Shown here: piece by piece, positions 28,202 to 38,378 of the stretch | Numbering within the stretch: the first letter of the stretch is position 1 | How the letters are laid out: the number at the start of each line of letters is the position of its first letter | Source: an uncultured delta proteobacterium | GTDB taxonomy: Bacteria > Desulfobacterota > Binatia > Binatales > Binataceae | Reading direction: 5' to 3' | NCBI GenBank assembly: GCA_963836955.1 | Contig: CAWILO010000011.1 | Span: 776,715-840,714 of the forward strand | DNA length: 64,000 nt | Program-made: the position numbers and the translations under genes | The notes under the pieces: model-generated | Told to the model about the DNA's origin: nothing | The model's input: only the letters and a program-made list of their open reading frames with translations | The model's database searches: none

Positions 28202-28416
28202 GATGCTTGGGCGCTGAAGCTATTTGCGCTATTGCGCCCGATAAGGGGCCGCGGTTAGGACCGTCTGCAGTGTGGCGTACGGTCGTTCGCATACGAAGGC
28301 GCCGGAATGCTCCGCGGCGGGGCCGGTTCGCCAGGGTGAGCCGCGAATCTCACCAGGAAAAACCCGACTGCAATCTTAATTTCGCTTTGAAACAAACAGG
28401 CCCCCAAGCGTCGCGA

Positions 28417-29472
28417 TCAGGCATTAGAGGACATGCATTCATTCCGGAATTTTTCATTCACCTGCCGCTCAATCCAGGCGTAGGTACGCGCGAGTCCCTC
28501 CTCCAAGGAAATCTCAGGCTCCCAGTTCAGGACCGCGCGCAGTCTGGTGTTGTCGGAATTGCGTCCGCGCACACCCTGCGGACCAGGCACATGCTTGCGG
28601 CTGATCCGAATGCCCGCGATGTCCGCTACAATTTCGGCAAGTTCGTTTATCGTAACCATCCGGTCCTGCCCAAGGTTGAGCGGCTCGTGGTAGTCCGAAC
28701 GCATCACCTTGCAGATCCCGGTGACGCAGTCGTCCATATAACAGAACGAGCGGGTCTGCTCGCCGTCTCCCCAGATCTCGACTTCGTGATTTCCGGTCAG
28801 CTTTGCGTGCGCCACTTTGCGGCTCAATGCAGCCGGTGCCTTCTCGCGTCCGCCCTCCCAAGTGCCGAAGGGGCCGAAGATATTATGGAAGCGGACTATC
28901 CGCGTCTCGATTCCGTAGTCTTCGCGATAGTGGGTGCACAATCGCTCGGTGATGAGCTTCTCCCATCCATAGGCGTCCTGCGGCTGTGCGGGGTAAGCGT
29001 CTTCCTCCTTAAGAGGAGCTGCGTCGGTCTTGGTCTGCTTGTATTCGGGATAGACGCAGGCCGACGAGCTGTACAAATAGCGGCGTACCCCGTTGCGATG
29101 CGCAGCCTCCAGAGTCTGAAAGTTGATCGTCGCGTTGTTGTAGAGGATCTGCGAGTGATGAGAGGAGATGAAACCCATCCCGCCCATGTCCGCGGCGAGC
29201 GCATAGACCTCCTCGATGTCACGTGTCGCCGTAACGCAATTCTCCCAGATGCGAAGGTCCAGGAGATGAAATTCGTCGCAGTCCGACGGACGGAATTCCG
29301 GCTCTTTGATGTCGACGCCGCGGACCCAGTATCCGTCGCGTTTGAGACGGCTGGCCAGATGACTCCCGATGAATCCACCAGCTCCAGTAACGAGAATTTT
29401 TGTCGTCATTGTGTCAACAGGTTTGACTTTTATTTCACGCTGAGCGAGCTGAGATTCCATCAAGCTGACCAT
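28417..29472 (-). CDS. GDP-mannose 3,5-epimerase homologue (NAD-dependent SDR epimerase). The true start is probably the internal MTTKILV near 29409
   Basis: Long collinear similarity to plant GME as recalled from memory: ILVTGAGGFIGSH...CDEFHLLDLR...LAADMGGMGFI...YSSSACVYPE...PQDAYGWEKL...FHNIFGPFGTWEGGREKAPAA...WGDGEQTRSF...HVPGPQGVRGRNSDNT. Confidence 0.7.
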   Translation of the reverse strand: MVSLMESQLAQREIKVKPVDTMTTKILVTGAGGFIGSHLASRLKRDGYWVRGVDIKEPEFRPSDCDEFHLLDLRIWENCVTATRDIEEVYALAADMGGMGFISSHHSQILYNNATINFQTLEAAHRNGVRRYLYSSSACVYPEYKQTKTDAAPLKEEDAYPAQPQDAYGWEKLITERLCTHYREDYGIETRIVRFHNIFGPFGTWEGGREKAPAALSRKVAHAKLTGNHEVEIWGDGEQTRSFCYMDDCVTGICKVMRSDYHEPLNLGQDRMVTINELAEIVADIAGIRISRKHVPGPQGVRGRNSDNTRLRAVLNWEPEISLEEGLARTYAWIERQVNEKFRNECMSSNA

Positions 29473-29493
29473 AGCCCGCTGGTCATGGTTCGC

Positions 29494-30354
29494 TCAACGT
29501 TCCGGGCGTTGTGCGGCGACAGCCTGTCTCAAGCGGATCTTCAGCGTCTCGGCGAGCGCACGATAGAGAAACCGAGGGCCGTCGACCAGGTCACGGCGCC
29601 ACAGCTTCGCCGGTTCCAGCGCAAGCCGCCATAGCCACTCGAGACCAGCGTCGGCAACCCATGCGGGTGCCCGTCTCACCTGTCCGCTGACAAGACGGAA
29701 CGCCGCTCCCACCCCGACAACCACGGGCACCCGGAGCGCGTCCAGATTGCTGTGAATCCACCACTCCTGTTTGGGGAGGCCGAGACCGACCCAGAGCACG
29801 TCCGGCCGCGCTTCGTTTATCTGCTTCACCATCGCCAGCTCTTCTTCGCGTTCCAACTTTCGAAAAGGCGGAGACAGGGTTCCAACCACGCGGTGACCGG
29901 GATGCCGCCGCTCGAATCGTTCCTTCAGCGCAGCGAGCGTTTCCTCGGTGTCGCCATAGAAAAAGCTCCGGTGACCCGTCCGATTGGCGCGCGCGGCGAA
30001 GCCCGCCAGCAATTCGGGGCCGGGAACCCGGCCCGGTAGCGGCAAGCCGTGCAGCCGCGATATCCAGACCGGGGCAATTCCATCGGGGCAGAAGAGATCC
30101 GCCGAGTTGAGCACGTCGCGCAGCCGCGGGTTCCTGTGCGCCTCCCAGATTCCGTGAAAGCCAGTGGCGACGACGAAGCGGCACCGCTCCTCGCGCAGCT
30201 CGATAAAGCGCTCGATGCGATTCAGTGCCTCATCGATCGTCACCCTGGAAATCGAGCACCCTAGGATTTCAATCGACGGGGGTCGCACCTGGCGCTCGGC
30301 TTGGGACATTTCGCCACTAACTATGGAAGTCATGAGGCGTCGGTTCCTCGACAC
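29494..30354 (-). CDS. WecB/TagA/CpsF-family glycosyltransferase (GT26)
   Basis: VGLGLPKQEWW and GLEWLWRL are GT26 signature motifs as I recall them. Confidence 0.65.
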   Translation of the reverse strand: MSRNRRLMTSIVSGEMSQAERQVRPPSIEILGCSISRVTIDEALNRIERFIELREERCRFVVATGFHGIWEAHRNPRLRDVLNSADLFCPDGIAPVWISRLHGLPLPGRVPGPELLAGFAARANRTGHRSFFYGDTEETLAALKERFERRHPGHRVVGTLSPPFRKLEREEELAMVKQINEARPDVLWVGLGLPKQEWWIHSNLDALRVPVVVGVGAAFRLVSGQVRRAPAWVADAGLEWLWRLALEPAKLWRRDLVDGPRFLYRALAETLKIRLRQAVAAQRPER

Positions 30355-30434
30355 AATGGGGCAGTCTGTAGTGTGAGCACGACAACAGAACCTTGCTCGG
30401 CGCGCTCAGCGCGCAAAGTTTCGCACCCGAATCA

Positions 30435-31811
30435 TCAGCGGTAGGCCCGCGCATCGAATGCAACAGTTGCGGCGCCTTGGGTCGTTGGCCAAGTCTCCGC
30501 GCTCTGGCGGGCATTTCGAAGATTCGCGGCGCGAATCAATGCTCCGAGGTAAACCATCGCCGGCAGCTGCAGCATCAGGTCGACGCTGAACAACGCGGCG
30601 GTATTCTCGGGAAACGTCCGGAGGGTGAAAAAGACCATCAGGCCGGCGACCTGCACGAACATTATTGAATCATCCGCAGGCACGATATCCGGCCTCCATG
30701 CCGCGCGCGCGAGATATACAAGGGCGATGGCGAAACCCAGCGTCCAGGCGCCTCCGCCGAGAAACCCTCCGCATAGCAACGCATACAGGACGCCGTTCTG
30801 CGCATTCCGAAAGATAATCCGGCGGTCCCCTTGCGGCCCGTAGCCGATGATCGGCGCGCGCAGGATGGCGAGCCAAGCATTGTTGAAAATGCCCATGCGC
30901 CCGTGCATCCGCATCAGATTGCGGTCATTGCGCGTTGCGAATCCCCAAAGGTAGTGCAATGTATCGTGCGATATGAAATTGAGACCGATGGCGCCGACGG
31001 TCAGTGCCAGCGTCAGAATACCGATCGTGCGTGCGCGACCTCCCAGTAACAGCATCACGACTCCCAGTGCCGCCACGAATGCCGCGAGCGATCCACGCGA
31101 CTGCATCACCCAAACTAACCACGCGCATCCAGCGAAGAGCGCAATCCACCCTACCCGGGTCCATCGCTCTGCCCGCCACATTGCAGCGCATGCAACGATT
31201 GCCACCGCAGCCGCAAAGCGTGAAATCCCGGTCGAACGCACCATCGCCATGCCCGCAACCGTCGGCACCTTCACATTTATGCCATAGCCGCTGAGTCCCT
31301 GCTTCGTCTCCTCTGCGAGATGGCCTCGGCCGACGTAAGCGACGATCGCAAGAATCACGGCGGCCGTGACCCAGCTCAGCCGGTTGAGCGATGCCGCGCC
31401 GGCAATTTCGCCGCCGCATTCTGCCAGGTACATTTCACCAGCGCCCAGCGTCGCGATGAATGCGAGCCCCCAATAGCCCCACGCAAACCAGTTCTCCACC
31501 CCAATACTCGCGATGAGACAGATGCCCCCGTAAAGAAACCACAGCCACTCGGGCGGGGTCGGCTCGCGCATACGGGTATTGCTGCGGCCAAGCAGATGAA
31601 GAATCCAAATCGGCAGGACCACGAGCGGAAGCGTTGCGCGGATGCCATTGAACGCGACTGTCCATCCGCTCAGCATCCGGTCGAGATCAATATCCCAAGG
31701 ACCCGTGTCAATCGATCCCCAGAGCGCAACCCAACACAGTGTAGGAACGACCGGAAGCATGATTCCGGTTACAGTACGCGGGGACCGAGATGCTGACGCC
31801 GATCGCGTCAT
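30435..31811 (-). CDS. O-antigen ligase/polymerase-family membrane protein (Wzy-like)
   Basis: About 10-12 predicted TM segments and an O-antigen-ligase-like loop region. There is no sequence-level proof of function. Confidence 0.5.
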   Translation of the reverse strand: MTRSASASRSPRTVTGIMLPVVPTLCWVALWGSIDTGPWDIDLDRMLSGWTVAFNGIRATLPLVVLPIWILHLLGRSNTRMREPTPPEWLWFLYGGICLIASIGVENWFAWGYWGLAFIATLGAGEMYLAECGGEIAGAASLNRLSWVTAAVILAIVAYVGRGHLAEETKQGLSGYGINVKVPTVAGMAMVRSTGISRFAAAVAIVACAAMWRAERWTRVGWIALFAGCAWLVWVMQSRGSLAAFVAALGVVMLLLGGRARTIGILTLALTVGAIGLNFISHDTLHYLWGFATRNDRNLMRMHGRMGIFNNAWLAILRAPIIGYGPQGDRRIIFRNAQNGVLYALLCGGFLGGGAWTLGFAIALVYLARAAWRPDIVPADDSIMFVQVAGLMVFFTLRTFPENTAALFSVDLMLQLPAMVYLGALIRAANLRNARQSAETWPTTQGAATVAFDARAYR

Positions 31812-33133
31812 AGCTGGTCGACCGCAGTCTCAGTTGTGGCATGCGTCGAGCCGCCACGGGAGACGTCGCCGGCTTCGACTCGAGCGCGATGATGGTTCAT
31901 GGCGTCGTGATAGACTCGCTCGACCGCCTCGGCCTTAGCCTCCAGCGAATAAGCGCGAGCACGGCGCAATGCTCCCCCTGCAAGCTGCTGGCGCCGCTCT
32001 TCGTCGGATGCAAGCTGGGCAACAGCGCCCGCAAGTCGTTGCTCGAATTCGCGTGCGGAGCGGATGGGCAGCTTGATGCCGCACTCGTCAGTGACGGCGT
32101 CCGAAAATCCGCAATGGTCGGGGCAGATAACAGGAACCCCTTGTGCAAGAGCTTCGATGATCACGGTCGAGGTCAGATCCTTGAGACTGGTGATTACGAA
32201 CACGTGGGCACGGCGCAGTCCGTTTAGTGCCTCGTAACGCGGAACCTGTCCATGCCAGGTGCATCGCGCATCGATGCCAAGCCGCGATGCTAGGCTCTGC
32301 CACTGTCCCCGGCACGGTCCGTCGCCGTAGATATCCAGATGCCAATTCGCGGGGTTCGCGTGCAAAGCGCGCAGGAGCAACTGAAGAGCCTTGCCCGGGA
32401 GATGAAGTCCGCTCCATGCGATTCGGAGCGGTTCGGCGGGAGCGCGAAGCGCTAATTCCTTCGCGGCCTCAATTGGAGCGCCCACCTCGGAAATGACCTC
32501 GCTGGGCACTCCATACCAGCGGAGAATTTCGGCCTGTATGCCGGAAGTGGCCGCGATCACGGCGCTCGCGCGCCTGAATGCTTTGCGCGGCGCGCGTAAA
32601 AATCTCTTGTGCCAGGAGTTGACGATGTTTCTTGCCGCATAATAGGCGGCACCTTGAACGCCCATGGCCGGAACCAGGCGCCAAGGCGTGTTTTCGAGTC
32701 CACCGATAGGCCCCCATACGAACGGAAGGTCGAGTTTCCACAGATAGCCCGGAAAACGGAACCCCACGTATGTAATCTGATGGAAGAGGTCGAAGCCTAT
32801 TTTGCGATGAAGGCGAGAGCCCAGAAGGAATGCGCCGCGCAGCCATGACCGATAGGCCCAGTTCATCGCGGGCTTGACGATGGAGTTCTCGACCCGGATC
32901 CAAGCGGGGGTCGGCCGATAATGCCATGACTTCTCCTCGACGTAGACGAAGTGGAGATTGTCGTAGCAGTCCGGGCGGTTTCGCAACTCTGCTTCGATGT
33001 CACGTCGGTGGTGCTCAGCGGTAAGCACCCACACCTCGTAATTCCGTGCGATCGCGTTCACCCAGCCCCATCCCACGCCGTCCTCCGACCCGCGCAAGGG
33101 ACTACACGCGTAAGCACAAGCCAGCACTTTCAC
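31808..33133 (-). CDS. glycosyltransferase family 4 (GT-B, Glycos_transf_1)
   Basis: N-terminus MKVLACAYACSP...GVGW. The C-terminal half is a retaining GT4-like core (FVITSLKDLTSTVIIEALAQGVPVI). Confidence 0.6.
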   Translation of the reverse strand: MKVLACAYACSPLRGSEDGVGWGWVNAIARNYEVWVLTAEHHRRDIEAELRNRPDCYDNLHFVYVEEKSWHYRPTPAWIRVENSIVKPAMNWAYRSWLRGAFLLGSRLHRKIGFDLFHQITYVGFRFPGYLWKLDLPFVWGPIGGLENTPWRLVPAMGVQGAAYYAARNIVNSWHKRFLRAPRKAFRRASAVIAATSGIQAEILRWYGVPSEVISEVGAPIEAAKELALRAPAEPLRIAWSGLHLPGKALQLLLRALHANPANWHLDIYGDGPCRGQWQSLASRLGIDARCTWHGQVPRYEALNGLRRAHVFVITSLKDLTSTVIIEALAQGVPVICPDHCGFSDAVTDECGIKLPIRSAREFEQRLAGAVAQLASDEERRQQLAGGALRRARAYSLEAKAEAVERVYHDAMNHHRARVEAGDVSRGGSTHATTETAVDQL

Positions 33134-33137
33134 CGGT

Positions 33138-34079
33138 TCAACTCTCTCGCTTCGCCGTTCGCGGGATGGGACGTGCCCCGAGCAACCGCCGAACTTCGGC
33201 AGTCATCCCCGCACAATTGCCCGACATGCGAGACAGCGCGCCGCGCTCGAGACGAGCGGCGGCGTGGCACATCGTGATGCCCATCCGAAGCATCAGGCCG
33301 AGCCAGCACTTTCGATATGAGAGACCGTGCTTGGTGACGACGTAGAGGCGGTTTCGGACCTCGGTCTTTCCGAAAGCATAGTTGCGCGCGTGCCGATTAA
33401 CCGACGGGTGATGCGCGTAGCGGGCATTGGCGACAACGGCGAGCCGCCAGCGGCGCCGAATGGTGAAGCTGAAGTCGAGATCCTCCAGGTAACTGTAACC
33501 CGTGAAAAATTCGTCGAACCGACATGTCTTCAAGACATCGGCACGCCACGCAACTGCGCCGCTCGGCAGCCAATCGACGTAGGTGTTTTTCGACACGAAG
33601 CCGGTCATTGTCTGCCAACCGGAAGGCGTCACCCTTCCCGGTTCGCCGCTGTAAACGCCAAGCGCCCTTATGAGGCGCCAGCGCTTGAGCCGCGAGAACG
33701 CCTGGATGGGATGGTTGACCATGTTGAAGGCGGCACCGCCGACGTCGGCGGGAGCGGCGTCCCAGAAGGCGAGCATCTTATCCACGGCATTGGGTTCGAG
33801 AGTTGCATCGTCGTCAAGGAAGGCGATCAGATCGATATCGGCCGGGACAGCTTCGATTCCCGCGTTGCGCTGCCCCGAGGCGGAGGGCGGCTGGTGATGA
33901 AGGTATTGTAAAAGTAGCCGATGGTGGAACTGGTCAACGACTGGCTGTACCCGGATAACGCTGGAATCGACCACAACAACCAGATCCGGCAGATGCGATT
34001 GCGCTGCGAGGCTTTCCAGCATGCGGCACAAGTCGGCTGGGCGGTCCTTTGTCGCGACGACAAAACAGAGCTTTTTCAC
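33138..34079 (-). CDS. glycosyltransferase family 2
   Basis: MKKLCFVVATKDRPADLCRMLESL...FLDDDATLEP has the GT-A fold and a DxD motif. Confidence 0.6.
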   Translation of the reverse strand: MKKLCFVVATKDRPADLCRMLESLAAQSHLPDLVVVVDSSVIRVQPVVDQFHHRLLLQYLHHQPPSASGQRNAGIEAVPADIDLIAFLDDDATLEPNAVDKMLAFWDAAPADVGGAAFNMVNHPIQAFSRLKRWRLIRALGVYSGEPGRVTPSGWQTMTGFVSKNTYVDWLPSGAVAWRADVLKTCRFDEFFTGYSYLEDLDFSFTIRRRWRLAVVANARYAHHPSVNRHARNYAFGKTEVRNRLYVVTKHGLSYRKCWLGLMLRMGITMCHAAARLERGALSRMSGNCAGMTAEVRRLLGARPIPRTAKRES

Positions 34080-35320
34080 AGAGGCGCCTGTAATGTTCGC
34101 GCCGGGCTGTCAGCGGCCAATGCGACCCGAGCCGACAGGCTGGATTTGGCGAGGAATTTTTCGACGGCGGCGCGGAGGTCGCGCATGAAGCGCTCGGCGG
34201 AATACCCTTCCCCTTGCCGCCTCAGATGGTCCAAGAGGCTTGCCTGCAACTGCCGCCGGCTGAGGACCGCGCAGATCTTCTCTACTGCGTCATCGTCGCC
34301 ATGGTAGAGCAAAGCGTCGTGGCCAAGAATCTCCGTGGGTCCGCCCTCGACCGGAGCAAACGTGATGCATCCCGCTTTGACCATCTCCGCGACGCCAATC
34401 CCGAAGCCCTCACCCTCCGCGCCGTGAATTCCGTAGCGACATCCGCCAAATAGTTCGGCTTTCTCGTCCGCTGTCATACTGCCCTCAAGAACTACCCAAG
34501 AAGAATTCTCGTGGGCAAGGGACGCTATCTGTTTGGCGTAAAGCGAACCGTCTAGACCGCCAGCTATCCGAAGACGAACTGCGTAGCCGCGCTGGCGGAC
34601 CTTTGCGATAATCCTGACAATTCGGCCGATTCGCTTTTCAGGGGAAACCCTGCCGATGCAGACGAAATCGTCGCGCCGGCCCTCCCAAGGAATGTGGCTT
34701 ATATTCGTCGCGACGGGCGGATAAAGAACCTCGGACGCGAGGCCGTACCTGATCCGTAGCCTTTCTGCTGTCCATCGTGAGTTTGCGAGAATCAGGTCCT
34801 CGCAAGAGAGGAAGTCCCGGTTCGACGGTGGGGAAATGCTCCGGACGAGCGCCAGGTAGGCGCGCCGCAGGATAGGTCGGCGGTGAAATATCCCTTTGAA
34901 GCCGCCGGGAGGGGGATGATATTTCGTTCGCAATTCCTCGTCCCACGAGAAGTCGGCGATGAACTGAATCGCAGGAACGCCGAAGTCGCTCGGGTTGTAA
35001 GCGCTGATCAACAAATCGTATTTACTCCATACCGCACGCGACGCACGATGGAACAGGGCACCGCGAATTGCGGCACCCCACTCGACTCTTGCAAGCGACC
35101 ACGGCAACTTGAGCTCAACTATCTGGCATTCATCGGGATTGACCGAGGTGCCGCAAAAGGCGTTGAGCTTCGGAAGATCGATTCGCCCACTCGCGACGAG
35201 AGCGATTCGATAGTCGCGTTTGAGCGCTTCGAGTGTCCACAATGCGACCGCCTCGGACCCGCCAAATCCCATCCGCGGATGGAAGACGGCTACTGACAGC
35301 TGGCTTTCGCGCTCACGCAT
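34076..35320 (-). CDS. glycosyltransferase family 4
   Basis: GT-B C-terminal core EGFGIGVAEMVKAGCITFA (E-x7-E-like). Confidence 0.6.
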   Translation of the reverse strand: MRERESQLSVAVFHPRMGFGGSEAVALWTLEALKRDYRIALVASGRIDLPKLNAFCGTSVNPDECQIVELKLPWSLARVEWGAAIRGALFHRASRAVWSKYDLLISAYNPSDFGVPAIQFIADFSWDEELRTKYHPPPGGFKGIFHRRPILRRAYLALVRSISPPSNRDFLSCEDLILANSRWTAERLRIRYGLASEVLYPPVATNISHIPWEGRRDDFVCIGRVSPEKRIGRIVRIIAKVRQRGYAVRLRIAGGLDGSLYAKQIASLAHENSSWVVLEGSMTADEKAELFGGCRYGIHGAEGEGFGIGVAEMVKAGCITFAPVEGGPTEILGHDALLYHGDDDAVEKICAVLSRRQLQASLLDHLRRQGEGYSAERFMRDLRAAVEKFLAKSSLSARVALAADSPARTLQAPL

Positions 35321-35349
35321 TTGAGTCGGTGGCTGAAGAAGCTATTGAT

Positions 35350-36375
35350 TCACCGGCCAAGCAAAAGCCCTGGCAGGCCTTTTCTACCTCGCCCCTCTAT
35401 CCGTTTTAGAGCCTGCGCGATTCGTTTGGGAGATATGCTGTATCCTACAACCCATACGCTGTAAACGAGCTTTCGCCGCAAGTTCCAGTACGGCTGTCGC
35501 CAGGTGGCAGAAACCGCCCTGCGCGTGAGTTCAAATAGTCTGTCATCCCACGGATGATTCGCGGGGCTTTCGCGAAGGGAGCTAATACGGCTCACCCAGT
35601 GCTGAGGGTACCTGCTGAGCCATTTTTCGAGGGATCCGATCTGATCGGGCGCTAGAGCGCGAAGAGACCTGTGGAGATTGAAGTCGCAGACGATCGCGCG
35701 TCTGATCTGCGCAACGTCCTCAGGTGCGCCCGCGATCATATTCTTTCCGTGAACTCGGTATCTCCCAAGCGGCCGACTCAGCGAAACCACTTCTCCGAAC
35801 AGAGAGCTCGCGGCCGTCAAGAAACCATCTGCGCAAATTTGCCAATCACTCTCTGGAATTGGCATGATCCCTTGCAGAACCGCCTTAGAGAACGCGTTTC
35901 CGCTCGTGGGTGAATCCACGCCGAACGGTCCTAAGGTTGCGCTCGGCACCGGCGAACCCCCTACTTGTCTACCTACAGGGTTACCGAGGGCATCGATGAC
36001 ATCTAGCGGAAAATGGATTCGCACAACGCCGTCGTGCCAGGCAGATAGTAAGGTATCGGCAGCTTCCGGCGACAAAGCATCGTCTGCATCCAAAAACAGC
36101 ACTAGGGCCCCGCTCGATTTTGCGAATCCTGCGTTTAAAGCGGAGGCTTGGCCGCCATTTTTCTTAAAAATGCGTCGGACTGTTGGTCCATAGCTTTCGA
36201 GAATCGCCCGAGAATTGTCAGTCGAGCCGTCGTCAACGACGATTACCTCGACTGCGTCTCGACGGGTTTGGCCTAGCGCGCTATCGATCGCCTGTGGAAG
36301 AAATCGCGCGTAGTTGTAGTTGTTGATTATGATACTGAGGACCGACATCGTGGCCCAAGTTCGCCCAACGGGCAA
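35350..36375 (-). CDS. glycosyltransferase family 2. The likely start is the internal MSVLSIIINNYN near 36348
   Basis: LSIIINNYNYARFLPQAIDSAL...EVIVVDDGSTDNS...LFLDADD is a canonical GT2 N-terminal domain. Confidence 0.65.
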   Translation of the reverse strand: MPVGRTWATMSVLSIIINNYNYARFLPQAIDSALGQTRRDAVEVIVVDDGSTDNSRAILESYGPTVRRIFKKNGGQASALNAGFAKSSGALVLFLDADDALSPEAADTLLSAWHDGVVRIHFPLDVIDALGNPVGRQVGGSPVPSATLGPFGVDSPTSGNAFSKAVLQGIMPIPESDWQICADGFLTAASSLFGEVVSLSRPLGRYRVHGKNMIAGAPEDVAQIRRAIVCDFNLHRSLRALAPDQIGSLEKWLSRYPQHWVSRISSLRESPANHPWDDRLFELTRRAVSATWRQPYWNLRRKLVYSVWVVGYSISPKRIAQALKRIEGRGRKGLPGLLLGR

Positions 36376-36647
36376 GCTTAATCTCGTGTGGTTGCGAGGG
36401 GTGCTATTTGATGTACAGCAATGAGCGTCTCATGTCGTATCAAAGACGCAGCCTTGGATGCGAAGTGTGCTCGAAACGGCACTTCGCGCGAAACTGCCAG
36501 TTTTGCCAGAGCCGCCAAATTATCGGCATCGAAAGTCTGCAGGTGTCGTGACGGTTCGAACACACGCCAGTTTGCTCGGAACCATAGATGCAACAAACTT
36601 GCGACGCGGGGCGCGATGATAACGGTCATCGAACGCGAGATTGCTCG

Positions 36648-38120
36648 TCATTCGGCCGCCCCTGCTGCGGGGACACTAGCGCTGTGCAAATAACCTCGGA
36701 CGACCGCCTTCTCGTTGCTGTCGAGCAAAACCGTCCAGCTGAGCAGCGCGAATGAGCCTACCGCCCCGGCCAGGAAGAGACCTTTAGCAGCGAGGTCCAT
36801 AGGGAGCGCCCCGAGGCCAAGGACAACAAGCGCGAGCGCGGCCATTTTTGCCAGTCTGTTTATAGCGGGGGCTGCTAGCGGCAGAAGGCCGTGTGCGATG
36901 ATCAACAGGAAGACTATTTCCACGGTCACTCGGGCCGTCCAAGCGATTGCGGCTCCAACGATCCCGTAACGCGGAAGCATCCACCAGAGCAACGCGAGGT
37001 AGAACGGAACCTCGGCAACATGAAGCTTCGCAGTAAGATCAGGACGATGCGCGGCCTGAACGAGGCCGTAGGGCGCGGAGGCGAGGCAATTGACGAACGT
37101 CCCGACCGCGAGCCATCGGAGCACGCCCGCGCTATGAGCCGCGAACGGGTGACCAAGCCATACGGCTAGGCCTTCAGGCGCAAGTGCGACAAGGAGTAGC
37201 ACCGGCACAAACAGGGCGAGCAGCGTATAGCGCGTGGCGCGTTCAAAAATTAACGTTGCGCGCGCCGGATTCCGGGCGAATGAACCTGAGAAGGCGGCAA
37301 AGATGACCCCTTCCATCGCTCCAGAGACTACGCCGAGTTTGCCTGCGACCTGGAAGGGTACGGCGTAATACGCAATCGCTGCCATCGAGAGCATCGCGCC
37401 GATCAGGAAACGGTCAAAATAGGCCATAATTGGGCCAATCACTGTCGATACGGTGATCCAGCTGCCGAAACTCACCATTGGGCGGACCGCGGCGCTACGA
37501 GGGTGAATTTCGCGCCGGAGCGCTGGAACGGCCCGGAAACACAGCCACAACGTCGCAAACCATCCGGCGAGACGGACCGCCACTACCATTGCGACGAGCC
37601 AGCCGAGGCTGTGTGAGAACGGCAACACGAGGAGCGGGCCGACATAGGAGAAGATGCCGCTGGGCACGCGGACCGCGTTTATGAGGTCGAATCGCTGTAA
37701 GGCGGAGAGTGTGCCACCCAAGCTGCCGCCACTGATGACAAAAGGCATCGAGAGCGCGAGGAGGTAGAACGCGTGCAAGCTTTCGGGCCGCAGCCTGGAG
37801 GGAATTTTGAGGACGTCGTACACCAGCCAGGGAGCAAGTGCTGCCACCAGGACACTGCCCGCGGCACCGAACGCCAGCATCAGGAACAGCGAGGTCCAGA
37901 ACAGGTCGGGAATCTTTTCCTGTTCGCTCGACGCCACGGCCTCGGCGATGAACTTAGTCGCGGCACGGCCAAGACCTAAGTCGAACAGTCCGAAGTAGCC
38001 GACCACCATCATGGACAGAGTGAGGACACCATAACGATCCACCCCAAGTGCGCGAATAACGATCGGCAACGCGACGAGCGCAACCAGAAAGGGCGCGACC
38101 TCGCCCGCGAGGTTGATCAT
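36648..38120 (-). CDS. Wzx-type oligosaccharide flippase (MOP superfamily polysaccharide biosynthesis protein)
   Basis: 490 aa with about 12-14 TM segments. The N-terminal IRALGVDRYGVLTLSMMVVGYFGLFDLGLGRA resembles Wzx/RfbX. Confidence 0.6.
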   Translation of the reverse strand: MINLAGEVAPFLVALVALPIVIRALGVDRYGVLTLSMMVVGYFGLFDLGLGRAATKFIAEAVASSEQEKIPDLFWTSLFLMLAFGAAGSVLVAALAPWLVYDVLKIPSRLRPESLHAFYLLALSMPFVISGGSLGGTLSALQRFDLINAVRVPSGIFSYVGPLLVLPFSHSLGWLVAMVVAVRLAGWFATLWLCFRAVPALRREIHPRSAAVRPMVSFGSWITVSTVIGPIMAYFDRFLIGAMLSMAAIAYYAVPFQVAGKLGVVSGAMEGVIFAAFSGSFARNPARATLIFERATRYTLLALFVPVLLLVALAPEGLAVWLGHPFAAHSAGVLRWLAVGTFVNCLASAPYGLVQAAHRPDLTAKLHVAEVPFYLALLWWMLPRYGIVGAAIAWTARVTVEIVFLLIIAHGLLPLAAPAINRLAKMAALALVVLGLGALPMDLAAKGLFLAGAVGSFALLSWTVLLDSNEKAVVRGYLHSASVPAAGAAE

Positions 38121-38378
38121 CGTGTTGCGGGCCAGCAGCCGCCCGCCTGTCAGATTTGAGGCGTCGTTCAGGGATCAATCCACATCGCTCGCGAATTGTC
38201 CACACGCCCGGAGACGTCGAGAAGGACAAAGCTTAAGCCGTTTCGGAGGAACAATTCCACGAGGTCAAGCGCGAGCTCAGATGCTGACTGGGCTGACAAA
38301 CGGGGCGTTCTTCTCTGAGGGAAGGAAACAATCTGCAGTGAAACACCGCGCTCGCCAAAATTGCGCAACGGCTACGAC